From: a bacterium
GTDB taxonomy: Bacteria > RBG-13-61-14 > DATKZS01
Assembly: GCA_963674965.2 (NCBI GenBank)
Contig: CAXXFL010000001.1
Location: forward strand, 320,001 to 384,000
Length of the DNA stretch: 64,000 nt
Direction: 5' to 3'
Within the stretch, counting starts at the first letter, position 1, and each line of letters opens with the position of its first letter. This document shows, in pieces, positions 18,745-28,550 of the stretch. A model generated the notes under the pieces. The model worked only from the letters and a program-made list of their open reading frames with translations. It was not told the DNA's origin and did no database searches. The position numbers and the translations under genes are program-made.

Positions 18745-21700
18745 ATGGAAAAAGAAAAGAAAAACCCGAAAAACGAATCGAATGAAAATGGGACGCCCTT
18801 GGTTTCCGATGAAGCCGAGTCCGGGAAGAACTTGGAAGCCGAGGATCCCATCCAGATTGGCGGGGGAAATGAAGTTGACCATGACCCGACCGAGCCCGAC
18901 TCCGCTTTTGCGCGACTGGGTTTTTTCGGGTGGTCCCTATTCGTTTTCGCCGTTTTGCTGGACTCGGTTTCAATGTATTTCCAGAATTACGACTCGGCGC
19001 ATTTTTTCCTGAACCTCGAGTCCATAATGCTAGGGGCCCGGCCCGCCGAGATTTACTGGGTGATACTTGCCATAGGCGTCCTGTCCCTTTTAATCTGGGC
19101 CAGGCTGGCCATGGCTTCTTTGCGCAAGGCGTCCGACGGCCCCCGCCTTTTCGCCGCGCTGCTCGGGTTGCCCGCCGTCTTCGCCGGCTTCAAGGTCCTC
19201 GAGTACGCGATCTTCAAGGCCATGGAGAGTCCCGGCATATTCGAGATCGGTGGGGAGAGGATTTCCATTTGCCTGGCCGCGTCGCTTTTAGCCGCCCTGG
19301 CCCTGTCGTCCTTTATCTCGACGTCCGCCGCTTCCGGACCGGATATCAAGGCGGCAAAGCGGATGGCCCGGCTGGTAAAAATTTTCTTCTTCAGTATTTT
19401 TGCCGGCGGCCTTTTCCTCGTCCTTAAAAACGCCGGCCTGGTACTACTGGCGGCCCCTGTCGTCGGCTATGGTCTTCGGGCGGCTTTCAACCTGTGGGTT
19501 TTTCTCCGCGTTATAAGGTGGCTCGGACGGCGGGCGGAGGCGGGCGCGGCCATAAGAAGGCCCTCTCCTCCCAGCCCGGCGGCGGCTTTTTTCACTGGCA
19601 TCCCCGCCCTGTGCCTTACCGCTCTTTGCTTCCTGGTACCCGGACCGACCCAGCACCTGGACGCGGTCGAGCCCCCGGCCGCGGTGATCGACGGGTTGCC
19701 GGTGGTCCCCAGCCGCTTCGAGGAGCGGGACGGGGCGATGGTTTTATCCTCGACGCGCCTCAGCGTGGTGGTCCATGAGGACCCCTTCAGCTTCGCGGTC
19801 AAGGACGAGCGCAACCGGGTGCTTTTCCGAACATACGACGAGGCGGACGCCGGTCCCCATTACCGGGGCCTGGCCCTTAACCACGAGTACCGGGCTTTTC
19901 GCGAGATACCCTTCTCGCGGGAAGGCGAGCTTCTCAAGTCCCGCGTAAGGGTCGGCTCGAGTCCTTTCCTGAAGGCCGATGACATGAGGCTCAGCGCCAA
20001 CCGACTGGTGGCGACGGGAAAGATCGGCATCCAGCCGGTGGTGGTGAACTTCTCCTTTCCCGACGAGGACGTATTGAAGGTCACGGCGGAGGCGGGAGGG
20101 GGATCGCCATTTCGGTCCTACAACTCCTCAATGGCCTTCTACATGGGACGGGAGGAAAAAATCTTCGGCCTGGGAGGAGGCCTCTCGGCGCCGCTCGAGA
20201 AAGGCAAGAGATACGACCTGACCCTCGAGCCGCCGGGCGGCGGGCCGCCGGAGTCGCCGGGTCTTTTATCCAAATGGAGCGGGGGCAGGGCGGAGGTTTT
20301 CCTGGGCAAGGGAACGGGACGGCTTATCGTGCCCTTCCTGTATTTCTCCCGCGGCGTCGGCCTTTTCATCGGGGAGGGCAAAGACCCGGCCGTCGAGCTG
20401 GCCCTCGAGAAGCAAGACGCCTTTCGCGTCGCCGGGGAGGGGCCGCTGACCTTGTACATTGTCTCGGGCCAGGGAGCGGAGGAGGTTTCGGCCAGGTTCG
20501 CCCGTCTTGCACCCTCCCGACCCGAGACGCCGGCCTTCGCCCTGGACCCGTGGGCGCGGGTGGCTGGAGACTCGGGCGAAAAGGTCAGGCGCCTGGCCGA
20601 CAGTCCCTCCCTTGCCGAGGCGGGAGTCAAAGGCGTGATAGTTACCCGAGTCGAGGAGGACGGCCGTATGCCGATTATCGGCGACCTCGCTCCCGACCTT
20701 ATCGAGGCGGCGGCCGAGGCTTCCGGCGCGGGACTGAAACTCTTTTTTGAGGACGGACTCTGGATCGGCCGGGAGGATGACGATTATGAAGCCGCGGCGC
20801 GGAGCGGTTTTCTGGCCGCCAATCGGACGGGCCTTCCTTATCACGCGATCGGCCGCTCGGGTTTTATCTGCCTTCTCGATCTTACCAACCCCAAGGCGCG
20901 GGGCTGGATAGCCCAGCGCTGGAGGAGCACGCGGCCCGATAAGAGGGAGAGCAAAGGACCGGCGCCGGGATTCATCGGCGCGGTCCTGGACCGTACGGCC
21001 TTGCCTCCCCCCTCGAGCGTCTTCCATAACGGGAAGTCCGGCCTGGCCATGCGGGACTCGTATACCGCCCTTTACGCCGAGGCCGTCAGGTCCGTCCTGG
21101 GCGATGACGCCGTGCTTATCACGGGGGCCGGCTACTCCGGCGTCGAGAGGTTCGTCAACCTGGCCGCCGGCGAGGACTCGATACGTACTTCCCGGGCCTT
21201 CGACTGGAAAATGAACATGACCATGGCGGGTTCGCCCTTCTTGCTGGGCCCCTATAGCTCGGCCGACCTGGTCGGGTCCTGCCTGTTGCCGCCCGGCTTC
21301 GAGAAGTGGGAGGAGGAATCGGCCCCGAGGCTCGAGCTGCAAAAATGGACCGGACTGCGCTCGAGGCTGTTTCCTTATCTTTTCACCCTCGCGAAAAGGG
21401 CCGGGGAAAAGGGAACGCCCGCCGCCGTAAACCCCGCGGCCAAGTGGCCGGGCGAGAACGCCTGGGACAGGTATCGGGGCCACTATATGCTTGGCGAGTC
21501 TCTTCTGGCGGTCGAGCCGGGCCTCGTCAAAACCGACGTGGTCCCTTTTAGAAGAGCGGTCAATTTCCCGCCCGGCCGCTGGATGAAGCTCGATTCCCTC
21601 GAGATTTTCGAGGGCGGATACAGGGACGTCGAGTACCGGGATAAGAAGTCTCCCCTTTTGTTCCTCCATGAGGGGCGCCTGCTGCCGGTCCACGAGGAGG

Positions 21701-22041
21701 ACGGCCGGCCCGCGGCCGAGACGGGGACCGATACAAGGACGTCATCCGATATCACGGTCCACTGGATTTACGGCCAGCCGGGGTCGTTGGAGCTCTTTGA
21801 CGGCGCCCAGATATCGGCCCGCGTGGCGGGCGAGTCGATCCTTTTCCGCGTCGAGTCGGGAGATGCACGCCAATACTCCTGGAAAGCGTTCGACTGTCCG
21901 CCCCCCCTGGCGGTCTATGCGGGGGGAGCGCGCCTGGACGGGACCATGTATTCCTACCAGGAGCGGGCCCGGGTGTTGAAGATTTACGGGTCGCCCGGCC
22001 CTCCCGTGGACCTCGAGGTGGTCTCGAGTCTGGCCGAGTAA
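18745..22041 (+). CDS. Multi-TM membrane domain fused to a divergent glycoside hydrolase family 31-like domain
   Basis: About 6-7 TM segments in the first 300 aa; then EKIFGLGG, VPFLYFSRG, LLDLTNPKARGW, LRSRLFPYLFT, YMLGESLL, FPPGRW, all typical of GH31 (YicI-like) scaffolds. Confidence 0.68.
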   Translation: MEKEKKNPKNESNENGTPLVSDEAESGKNLEAEDPIQIGGGNEVDHDPTEPDSAFARLGFFGWSLFVFAVLLDSVSMYFQNYDSAHFFLNLESIMLGARPAEIYWVILAIGVLSLLIWARLAMASLRKASDGPRLFAALLGLPAVFAGFKVLEYAIFKAMESPGIFEIGGERISICLAASLLAALALSSFISTSAASGPDIKAAKRMARLVKIFFFSIFAGGLFLVLKNAGLVLLAAPVVGYGLRAAFNLWVFLRVIRWLGRRAEAGAAIRRPSPPSPAAAFFTGIPALCLTALCFLVPGPTQHLDAVEPPAAVIDGLPVVPSRFEERDGAMVLSSTRLSVVVHEDPFSFAVKDERNRVLFRTYDEADAGPHYRGLALNHEYRAFREIPFSREGELLKSRVRVGSSPFLKADDMRLSANRLVATGKIGIQPVVVNFSFPDEDVLKVTAEAGGGSPFRSYNSSMAFYMGREEKIFGLGGGLSAPLEKGKRYDLTLEPPGGGPPESPGLLSKWSGGRAEVFLGKGTGRLIVPFLYFSRGVGLFIGEGKDPAVELALEKQDAFRVAGEGPLTLYIVSGQGAEEVSARFARLAPSRPETPAFALDPWARVAGDSGEKVRRLADSPSLAEAGVKGVIVTRVEEDGRMPIIGDLAPDLIEAAAEASGAGLKLFFEDGLWIGREDDDYEAAARSGFLAANRTGLPYHAIGRSGFICLLDLTNPKARGWIAQRWRSTRPDKRESKGPAPGFIGAVLDRTALPPPSSVFHNGKSGLAMRDSYTALYAEAVRSVLGDDAVLITGAGYSGVERFVNLAAGEDSIRTSRAFDWKMNMTMAGSPFLLGPYSSADLVGSCLLPPGFEKWEEESAPRLELQKWTGLRSRLFPYLFTLAKRAGEKGTPAAVNPAAKWPGENAWDRYRGHYMLGESLLAVEPGLVKTDVVPFRRAVNFPPGRWMKLDSLEIFEGGYRDVEYRDKKSPLLFLHEGRLLPVHEEDGRPAAETGTDTRTSSDITVHWIYGQPGSLELFDGAQISARVAGESILFRVESGDARQYSWKAFDCPPPLAVYAGGARLDGTMYSYQERARVLKIYGSPGPPVDLEVVSSLAE

Positions 22042-22057
22042 TTTACCGCCGGTCCTT

Positions 22058-23083
22058 CTAGAATTTCACGATCACCTTCATCGCCTTCCCGCTCCGCATG
22101 GCGTCGATGCCCTCATGGATGCGGTCGAGGGTAGTAAGGTGCGTGATCAGGTGGTCCACCTTGAGCACGCCAGACTCGAGCACCTTGAGGGCGTCGGGAA
22201 AGGTGTGGCGGGCGATGTACGAGCCCATTACGGTCAGCTCGTTTCGCGTTATGTCGTTCTGGCGTATCTCGGCGAGCGCGTTCTGGTTCTGGCCGAAGAG
22301 CATGATCCGTCCTCCCCTGGCGGCCAGAGATATAGCCTGGCGAAAGAGGGAACCCACCGCGTCGATAACCACGTCGGCCCCGCTCCCGGTTTCCTCGAGC
22401 ACCGCGGCCTCGAGGTCCTCCACCCCCGGGTTCACCACCCTGGTGGCGCCGCTTTTTTTGGCGAACTTGCGCCTGAAGGCCTGGGGCTCGCTGAGAATGA
22501 CGGGACGGCACCCGGCGGCCCGGGCCAGGCCGGTGAAGTACTGGCCGATGGGACCGCCCCCCAGCACCAGGCAGGACTCGCCCGGATAAAGCCCGAGCTT
22601 TCTGACCGCGTTGTTCACGCAGGAGAGGGGCTCGGCGAAGACGGCCGTCTCGGGCGGCAGGCCGGGGTCGTAAGGATAACACTGGTTGGCGGGCGCGACG
22701 TTGAAGGGCGCGAACCCTCCGTCGATGAAGATGCCCAGGGTGGTCATCTCCGAGCACATGTTGTGCTTGCCCGTCAGGCAGGCCTGGCAATGGCCGCAGG
22801 TGACGTTCGGGTCCACGGCCACCTTGTCGCCGGGCTCGAGACCGTGGGCGTCCGGGCCCGTCTCGATAACCTCGCCCACGTACTCGTGCCCGAGCACCGC
22901 CCCCACCGCGGCTGGATGCCCCGGCGGCACGGCCAGGATATGCACGTCCGTGCCGCATACCGAGGCGGCCTCAACCTTGATCAGGACCTGGTCGGGCTTC
23001 CCGATCTCGGGAACGGGAACCTTCTTTAACGCCAGCCTTCCGTCTCCCTCGAAAACGGCGGCCATCATTGTTTTGTTTTTCAT
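22058..23083 (-). CDS. Zn-dependent alcohol dehydrogenase (threonine/sorbitol dehydrogenase-like)
   Basis: CGTDVH, GHEYVG, CGHCQAC...C structural Zn site, GGGPIG. Confidence 0.9.
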   Translation of the reverse strand: MKNKTMMAAVFEGDGRLALKKVPVPEIGKPDQVLIKVEAASVCGTDVHILAVPPGHPAAVGAVLGHEYVGEVIETGPDAHGLEPGDKVAVDPNVTCGHCQACLTGKHNMCSEMTTLGIFIDGGFAPFNVAPANQCYPYDPGLPPETAVFAEPLSCVNNAVRKLGLYPGESCLVLGGGPIGQYFTGLARAAGCRPVILSEPQAFRRKFAKKSGATRVVNPGVEDLEAAVLEETGSGADVVIDAVGSLFRQAISLAARGGRIMLFGQNQNALAEIRQNDITRNELTVMGSYIARHTFPDALKVLESGVLKVDHLITHLTTLDRIHEGIDAMRSGKAMKVIVKF

Positions 23084-23579
23084 CTTCCAATCCTCCAGCG
23101 CAAAGCATAGCCAAAAGCGGTGGGCCAGGCAAGCGGGAAAAAGCGCGCGAGGGAGAGGCCGCCTTGCCGAGTGGGAACGCGAGGTTTAACTTGCTTGGAT
23201 TACACGGGATTAGGCGAAAAGCCAAAGGCGTTATTTACGATCCAACCGCCCGGGCCAACCCATTATTATCGCGGCGGGAGATCGGCGCGCCGGGGACCAT
23301 CTACCATAACGCGACTATCCCGCCCCGCGGCGATCTGTCGGGGAAGGGAAGGTATTGCCCACGGATCGATTATGCACCGGCGGTGACGATAGAAGGGTAT
23401 TGACGGGACAAGGGGGAAATAGGAAGTCCTTTTGCCTTGTTGACATCCAGCCCGCGGCTTCGCCGCCCACGCAATATGCGTGGGGGACCCTGATTAAAAA
23501 CCTGTGGGTGGCGCGGATAGCTATCCGGGCCATCCGCGCGGGCCACCATCGCGCCTCCCAAATGCACCGTGCCCCGCAT

Positions 23580-23614
23580 AAAAAAATCCCCGGGAGGGTC
23601 GCTCCCGGGGATTT
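23580..23614 (-). terminator. Intrinsic terminator of the porin gene
   Basis: Minus strand AAATCCCCGGGA-GCGACCC-TCCCGGGGATTT followed by further T residues. Confidence 0.75.
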
Positions 23615-23649
23615 GTGGTCAGCTTCGCGTATAAGACGCGCGGCCGGTT

Positions 23650-24861
23650 TTACTGCCAGACCTGCACCTGGATAAGGAGCATGTCGTTGTCAAGGCTCTG
23701 GAATTTTCCGCCAACGTTATTAGCGGCCATGTTGATGTCGCTTCCCTCTTCACCCGCGAAGATGTAGTTGATCGAGGCCTCGGCGCACTCGTTGATGCGG
23801 TAGTTCGCGCCCAGGGTGATCCAGTCGAGAGCGTCGTAATTGTTGACGCTGCCGGCCTCGTTGAGGGTGTTGGGGTCGAAGTACTCGTAGCGGGCGGCGA
23901 TCTCGAGGGAGTCGATGATCCAGTAGCCAGCGGTTACCTGGTAGCCCATCCACTCGAGGTCCTCGATTTTGTTGCCCGCGGCGTTCAGGGTGTAATCCGA
24001 GGCGGTCATCTGCATGTAATCGGCGTTGATCTCGAACCTTTCCATGGCGTAGCCCAAGGTCACGACAAAACCGGAAGCGTTGTACTGCTCGGTCCCCGTG
24101 CCGGAGGTGTCGCCCACCAGGCCGGGCATAAGGTCTTCCTGCCATCCTTCCTGGAGCCAGGTGAACTCGACGTTCATGCCTTCCATGGGGAAGACCTTTA
24201 TTCCGGCCATCCAGGACTTCTCGAGGTCCACGTCCAGGTTGGGCTGGCCGCCGGCGAAGCCGTTAAAGTAAGCGAAGTCGATCTGGACCATGTCCATGGG
24301 CTTGATGGCTATGTCGAAGCCGGTGGCCTGCCATCCGAGTCCAAGGGGCATGTAGGCGTTTCCGCCCTGGTTGGGCAGCACGTTCATGAGGGGGAGCATG
24401 ATAAGGTCCCAGTCATTGGTCTCCCTCTGCTGGTAGGTGGACACGGGCAGGTTGAAGGTACCGACGTCCACGGTGGTCATGGGTATGAGGTCGGCGATGG
24501 ATATCTTGGCCTGGCGCACGCCCACGGTGCCCATCTCGCCGGGATTGCTCATCCACATCATCGAGGTGGCCGGGCCGGCCTGAAGCTCGATCAAATAGGA
24601 AACGTTCTCGCCCACGGTGCCGACAATGTCCAGCTCGACCGTGGGGGTCGAGAACTGCTCGATGCCCTTGCCGTCAAGGCCCCAGGCCTGTCCGGCCGTT
24701 CCCGCGCCAACCGACGCCTCGTCCTCGGGCATGTACATGTAAGCCCACTTGATCTTGCCGCCGAGCTGAATGGTGCCCATCGAGGTCTCGACCTGCGAAA
24801 GCGCCACGCCCGGGACCACCATCGCCGCTATCATCAAAAATACCAGCCAACTTTTTTTCAT
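23650..24861 (-). CDS. Outer-membrane beta-barrel porin (OprO/OprP-like)
   Basis: Signal peptide MKKSWLVFLM...ALS; amphipathic beta strands, AARYEYFDP, ITLGANY, C-terminal LIQVQVWQ; strong AAGGAGG RBS. Confidence 0.72.
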   Translation of the reverse strand: MKKSWLVFLMIAAMVVPGVALSQVETSMGTIQLGGKIKWAYMYMPEDEASVGAGTAGQAWGLDGKGIEQFSTPTVELDIVGTVGENVSYLIELQAGPATSMMWMSNPGEMGTVGVRQAKISIADLIPMTTVDVGTFNLPVSTYQQRETNDWDLIMLPLMNVLPNQGGNAYMPLGLGWQATGFDIAIKPMDMVQIDFAYFNGFAGGQPNLDVDLEKSWMAGIKVFPMEGMNVEFTWLQEGWQEDLMPGLVGDTSGTGTEQYNASGFVVTLGYAMERFEINADYMQMTASDYTLNAAGNKIEDLEWMGYQVTAGYWIIDSLEIAARYEYFDPNTLNEAGSVNNYDALDWITLGANYRINECAEASINYIFAGEEGSDINMAANNVGGKFQSLDNDMLLIQVQVWQ

Positions 24862-25786
24862 TTCCTCTGCCTCCTTAATCGTCAATGTCTTTCTTTTCCG
24901 AATTGCTCTTAGATTCCCAATTAAATATTTTACTTTTTCAGCCGGCTGCCCGGCCCTTTTACCGCTTCTTATATAACCTGTAAGCCGTTTCAAGCAACCT
25001 TGCCCGAAAACGACGAATTTTTAAGCGCCTGTTCCTTTAAGCCCCCTTCCGCCGGAGTCGTCCGGCCGCTCGCGCCAACTTTTCCCGGATTGGAGTACGC
25101 TAGTTGATTTTTACGACAAGCCGCGTCGGCTGTGACCGTATTATGACGCGTTGCCTGGAAAACCAACCGGGCCCCCGGAGTCGCGAATAATAGGTATTTA
25201 CCTCCTTTCGCGGAACTCTTCGGCGATATTTCCTTTTACCTTTTGTAGCGTTACCACTTTCCTTTTACGCCAATGGCCGAAAATTTCGTCCATTCCCCCT
25301 GGCGGCTCGTTTAGCCTAGATAAACGAATAGCTCCCGATGAAAGCTATCATCAATGGAGCCAAATATGAAACCGGGTCCAATCTTTCCATAATCACTTAG
25401 GAGCTTTTGGGCCGTCACTTAGTTGTTAAAAACCGTTCACCTCATTATGAGCGCCAAACATTAGTTCAGGATTAAAACTACATTAATTTTTTCTAATCCC
25501 ATCCTAACTCCGATTTAACGGGATTATAACCCATCAGGCGAAGGGAATCAAGTTTTTCAAGGCTTATTGTTAAATTTTATTCCCGCCGCCCGAACTCTTG
25601 GTCCAGGTCGGACAAAAATCAAATCTCCTTGCCGCGAGATATTTCAAATCCATGAAGGGCAAAGGCAAGGACCGCTTTCTCGATCACGTTCAAGCGCGGG
25701 TGGCGTCAGTCTCCGTTCCACTTCGCCTTGGCGGCCGGCGTCAAATTGTAATATCATTGAAGCTCGTCATTGGACGGACGCTGGAA

Positions 25787-27406
25787 TTGAAAAGAGCGGG
25801 ACAGATACTGAGGTCCGCCGGGCTGATCGGGGGAGCGACCCTTTTCAGCCGGGTCTTCGGCCTCATAAGGGACATGGTCATGACCCACGCCTTCGGGGCG
25901 GGCGTGGTGGCCGAGGCCTTTTACGTGGCCTTCATGATCCCGAACCTTCTTCGCCGCCTGGTGGGGGAGGGCTCCTTGACGGTGGCCTTTATCTCGGTGT
26001 TCACCAAGCTTCGTTCCGAGGGGGGGGAGGAGGAGGCCAGACTGTTCGTCCGGAGCTTCTGGACCCTGATGACCGTCGTCCTGGCGGTCCTGACCCTTAT
26101 AGGCATGGCCCTGTCCCGCTTCATCGTGACCCTCTTTACCAACCCGGCCTTCCGGGCCGAGCCCGAGAAATTCGAGTTGGCCGTCACCCTCACGCGCCAG
26201 ATGTTCCCTTACCTTTTCCTTATCGGGCTGGTGGCCCTGTCCATGGGCATACTCAACTCTTACAAGCGCTTTTTCGCCTCGTCCTTCCACCCCGTGCTCC
26301 TCAACTTCGCCTGGATAGCCGCGGTCCTTATACTGCGCGGAAGGCTCAAGGACCCCGGCCTTATACTGGTTATCGGAGTGCTGGCGGGAGGACTTCTCCA
26401 GCTCGCTCTCCAGTTCCCCTTTTTATGGAAAGAGGGCATCAGCGTCCTGCCCCGCTTCAATTTGGGTCACCCCGCCATCTGGCGGGTCGGCAAGCTCATG
26501 ATACCCTCGACCTTCGCCGTGGGCATAGTGCAGATCAACACCATGATCGCCACCTATTTCGTCACGGCCTTCGACGGCGGCAGGTCTCATCTTTTTTACA
26601 GCAGCCGCCTTACCGAGTTCCCCTACGCCATCTTCAGCCTGGCCATCGCCACGGCCGTGCTTCCGGTCCTTTCCGAGCACGCGGGGAAAAAGGACGTGGG
26701 CGCGCTCATGGACGTGCTCGTTTACGGCCTAAGGCTCACGGCGATCGTGACCGTGCCCGCCTCGATCGGTCTGGCGCTGGTGGGCCGGCCGCTCATCCAC
26801 GTCATCTTCGAGCACGGCGAGTTCACCGCCGCCGACACGGGCGGTACCTCGATCATGCTGGCCATGGCCTGCATCGGACTTTGGGCCGTGGCCGGACACC
26901 GGCTGGTGGTCCAGGCCTACTACGCCGTCGAGGACATGAAGACACCGCTGTGGAGCGCGGCCCTGGCCATGGCCATCAACGCCGCCTGCTGCTTCGCCTT
27001 CAACCGCTTTACCGGCCTGGGCGAGGCGGGCGTGCCCCTGGCCTTGTCCCTGGCCACGATGGCCAACTTTTTCGCGCTCTGGTTCCTGCTTCCCGCCAAG
27101 GTGGGAAAAATCGACGGCAAGGCCCTTATCAAGACGACGGCCTTGTCCATCCTGGCCTCCCTGCCCATGGCCGCCCTGGTCTGGATGGCCAACGGCCTGG
27201 ACATGTGGGACCGGCCGGACATGAGGGCCGTGAAGACGGCGGCGCTGGGCCTCGAGGTCATGGCGGGAGCGGTCCTATTCGTAATCATGGCGAGGCTTCT
27301 GGGCCTTGGCGAGGTTAACGATATCGTCGACGCGGCGGCGCGAAGGTTTGGTCTTAAGAAAAAACAAGTAATCCAGGCTAGTGAGGATAAAGACAATGAA
27401 GGTTAA
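25787..27406 (+). CDS. murJ: Lipid II flippase MurJ (MviN)
   Basis: ATLFSRVFGLIRD, AFMIPNLLRRLVGEG, FPYL, RLTEFP; multiple TMs; start placed at TTG 25787 (uncertain). Confidence 0.93.
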   Translation: MKRAGQILRSAGLIGGATLFSRVFGLIRDMVMTHAFGAGVVAEAFYVAFMIPNLLRRLVGEGSLTVAFISVFTKLRSEGGEEEARLFVRSFWTLMTVVLAVLTLIGMALSRFIVTLFTNPAFRAEPEKFELAVTLTRQMFPYLFLIGLVALSMGILNSYKRFFASSFHPVLLNFAWIAAVLILRGRLKDPGLILVIGVLAGGLLQLALQFPFLWKEGISVLPRFNLGHPAIWRVGKLMIPSTFAVGIVQINTMIATYFVTAFDGGRSHLFYSSRLTEFPYAIFSLAIATAVLPVLSEHAGKKDVGALMDVLVYGLRLTAIVTVPASIGLALVGRPLIHVIFEHGEFTAADTGGTSIMLAMACIGLWAVAGHRLVVQAYYAVEDMKTPLWSAALAMAINAACCFAFNRFTGLGEAGVPLALSLATMANFFALWFLLPAKVGKIDGKALIKTTALSILASLPMAALVWMANGLDMWDRPDMRAVKTAALGLEVMAGAVLFVIMARLLGLGEVNDIVDAAARRFGLKKKQVIQASEDKDNEG

Positions 27407-27950
27407 GAAAAAAGTCTACATGGCCCGCTTTAAGACCGATTGGGGCGAGGCGGGAATAGGCTGGACCGACGACGGCATATGCCGCCTGACCCTTCCCTCG
27501 CGGGACGGGCGCGACGTCCTCGCCGAGATCGCCGAGAGCTTTCCCGGCGCCGGGTCGGGAAACCCCGCCGAGGTGGGCGACGTGGTGGGAGAAGTGCGGG
27601 ATTATTTCTCCGGCAAGGCCCCGGCCCTCAGGTTCGAGGTGGACCTTGCCTGGGCCACGCCGTTTCAGAGGTCCGTGTACATGGCCCTGCGCTCGATCCC
27701 CTACGGCCAGACCCGAAGCTACGGCCAGATAGCGGCGTCCCTGGGCAAAGCCGGCGCGGCCAGGGCGGTGGGAGCGGCCAACGCGGCCAACCGAGTCCCC
27801 CTCATCATCCCCTGCCATCGGGTGATATGCGCGGACAAGAGCCTGGGTGGGTTCTCCGGCCCCGGCGGCCCGTCCTTTAAAAAAAAGCTCATCGAGCTCG
27901 AAACCCGTACGAGAAGCCGGATCGCCAAGCAGGTTTTCTGTATTTTTTAG
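27396..27950 (+). CDS. ogt: Methylated-DNA--protein-cysteine methyltransferase
   Basis: TPFQ, IPYGQTRSY, ARAVG, IIPCHRVI active-site motif. Confidence 0.92.
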   Translation: MKVKKKVYMARFKTDWGEAGIGWTDDGICRLTLPSRDGRDVLAEIAESFPGAGSGNPAEVGDVVGEVRDYFSGKAPALRFEVDLAWATPFQRSVYMALRSIPYGQTRSYGQIAASLGKAGAARAVGAANAANRVPLIIPCHRVICADKSLGGFSGPGGPSFKKKLIELETRTRSRIAKQVFCIF

Positions 27951-28005
27951 CCCCCGCCTTGTAACCGTCGGCCGCGATGATTATCCTAATAAAAGGAGGT
28001 TATGC

Positions 28006-28206
28006 ATGGCGATAATTCAATACCATTGCATGTCCTGCGGGACTAACTTCGAGGATTTTCGAAACATCCATGAAAAAGACCAGTTAGGCAAATGCGTCGC
28101 CTGCGGATCGGACCGGGTGAAAAAGCTCGAGGAATGCGCGTCCGAGTGCGGCTGCGGCTGCGGCTGCGACGAGCCGGGAGCGCATATGAGAGGTCATAAA
28201 CATTAA
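28006..28206 (+). CDS. FmdB-family zinc ribbon protein with Cys/His-rich tail
   Basis: AAGGAGG RBS; YHCMSCG...KCVACGS; tail CASECGCGCGC...HMRGHKH. Confidence 0.78.
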   Translation: MAIIQYHCMSCGTNFEDFRNIHEKDQLGKCVACGSDRVKKLEECASECGCGCGCDEPGAHMRGHKH

Positions 28207-28246
28207 ATAATATGGAATGTTAAGCGTTATTAAAAGGAGAAGGGAA

Positions 28247-28444
28247 ATGCCAATATACGAATATCTTTGCACCTCCTGCGGACACATGTTCGAGGACGTA
28301 AGGCCGGCCAGCCAGGCGGACGACCCGGAGGAATGCCCGAAATGCGGCAAGAAAAAAACCGAGCGCCTTATGTCGGCTTTCGCCACTTGTGGGGGCGGCC
28401 CGGGCGGCTCTTCCAGCAGTTGCGGGTCTGGCGGCTTCTCTTGA
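28247..28444 (+). CDS. FmdB-family zinc ribbon protein, possible selenoprotein (would extend to 28453)
   Basis: AAGGAG RBS; MPIYEYLCTSCG...CPKCG...SAF; ends SCGSGGFS-TGA followed by a SECIS-like hairpin. Confidence 0.88.
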   Translation: MPIYEYLCTSCGHMFEDVRPASQADDPEECPKCGKKKTERLMSAFATCGGGPGGSSSSCGSGGFS

Positions 28445-28550
28445 GGCCCCTGACGCGGACCGTGCGTCCGTCGGGAAAAATTTAGCGGGTGGTGAAGGTC
28501 CATCCGCTAAAACGCTCTTTATTACTCGCCGCGAATTTCCTTGATATAGG

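Noticed and set aside
23084-23579. About 500-bp non-coding gap with a palindrome at about 23506-23535; possible ncRNA
   Set aside because: No tRNA, SRP, 6S, tmRNA or riboswitch motif recognisable by eye; needs an Rfam/Infernal scan.
24862-25786. Long AT-richer divergent region between the porin and murJ, including an orphan AGGAGG on the minus strand near 25201
   Set aside because: No start codon at a suitable distance and no riboswitch consensus recognised; most simply a complex promoter region.
25567-27318. 583-aa same-strand alternative-frame ORF over murJ (similarly 38570-39643, 47347-48348, 56674-57873, 59630-60841)
   Set aside because: Arg/Pro/Gly-rich off-frame translations of real genes.
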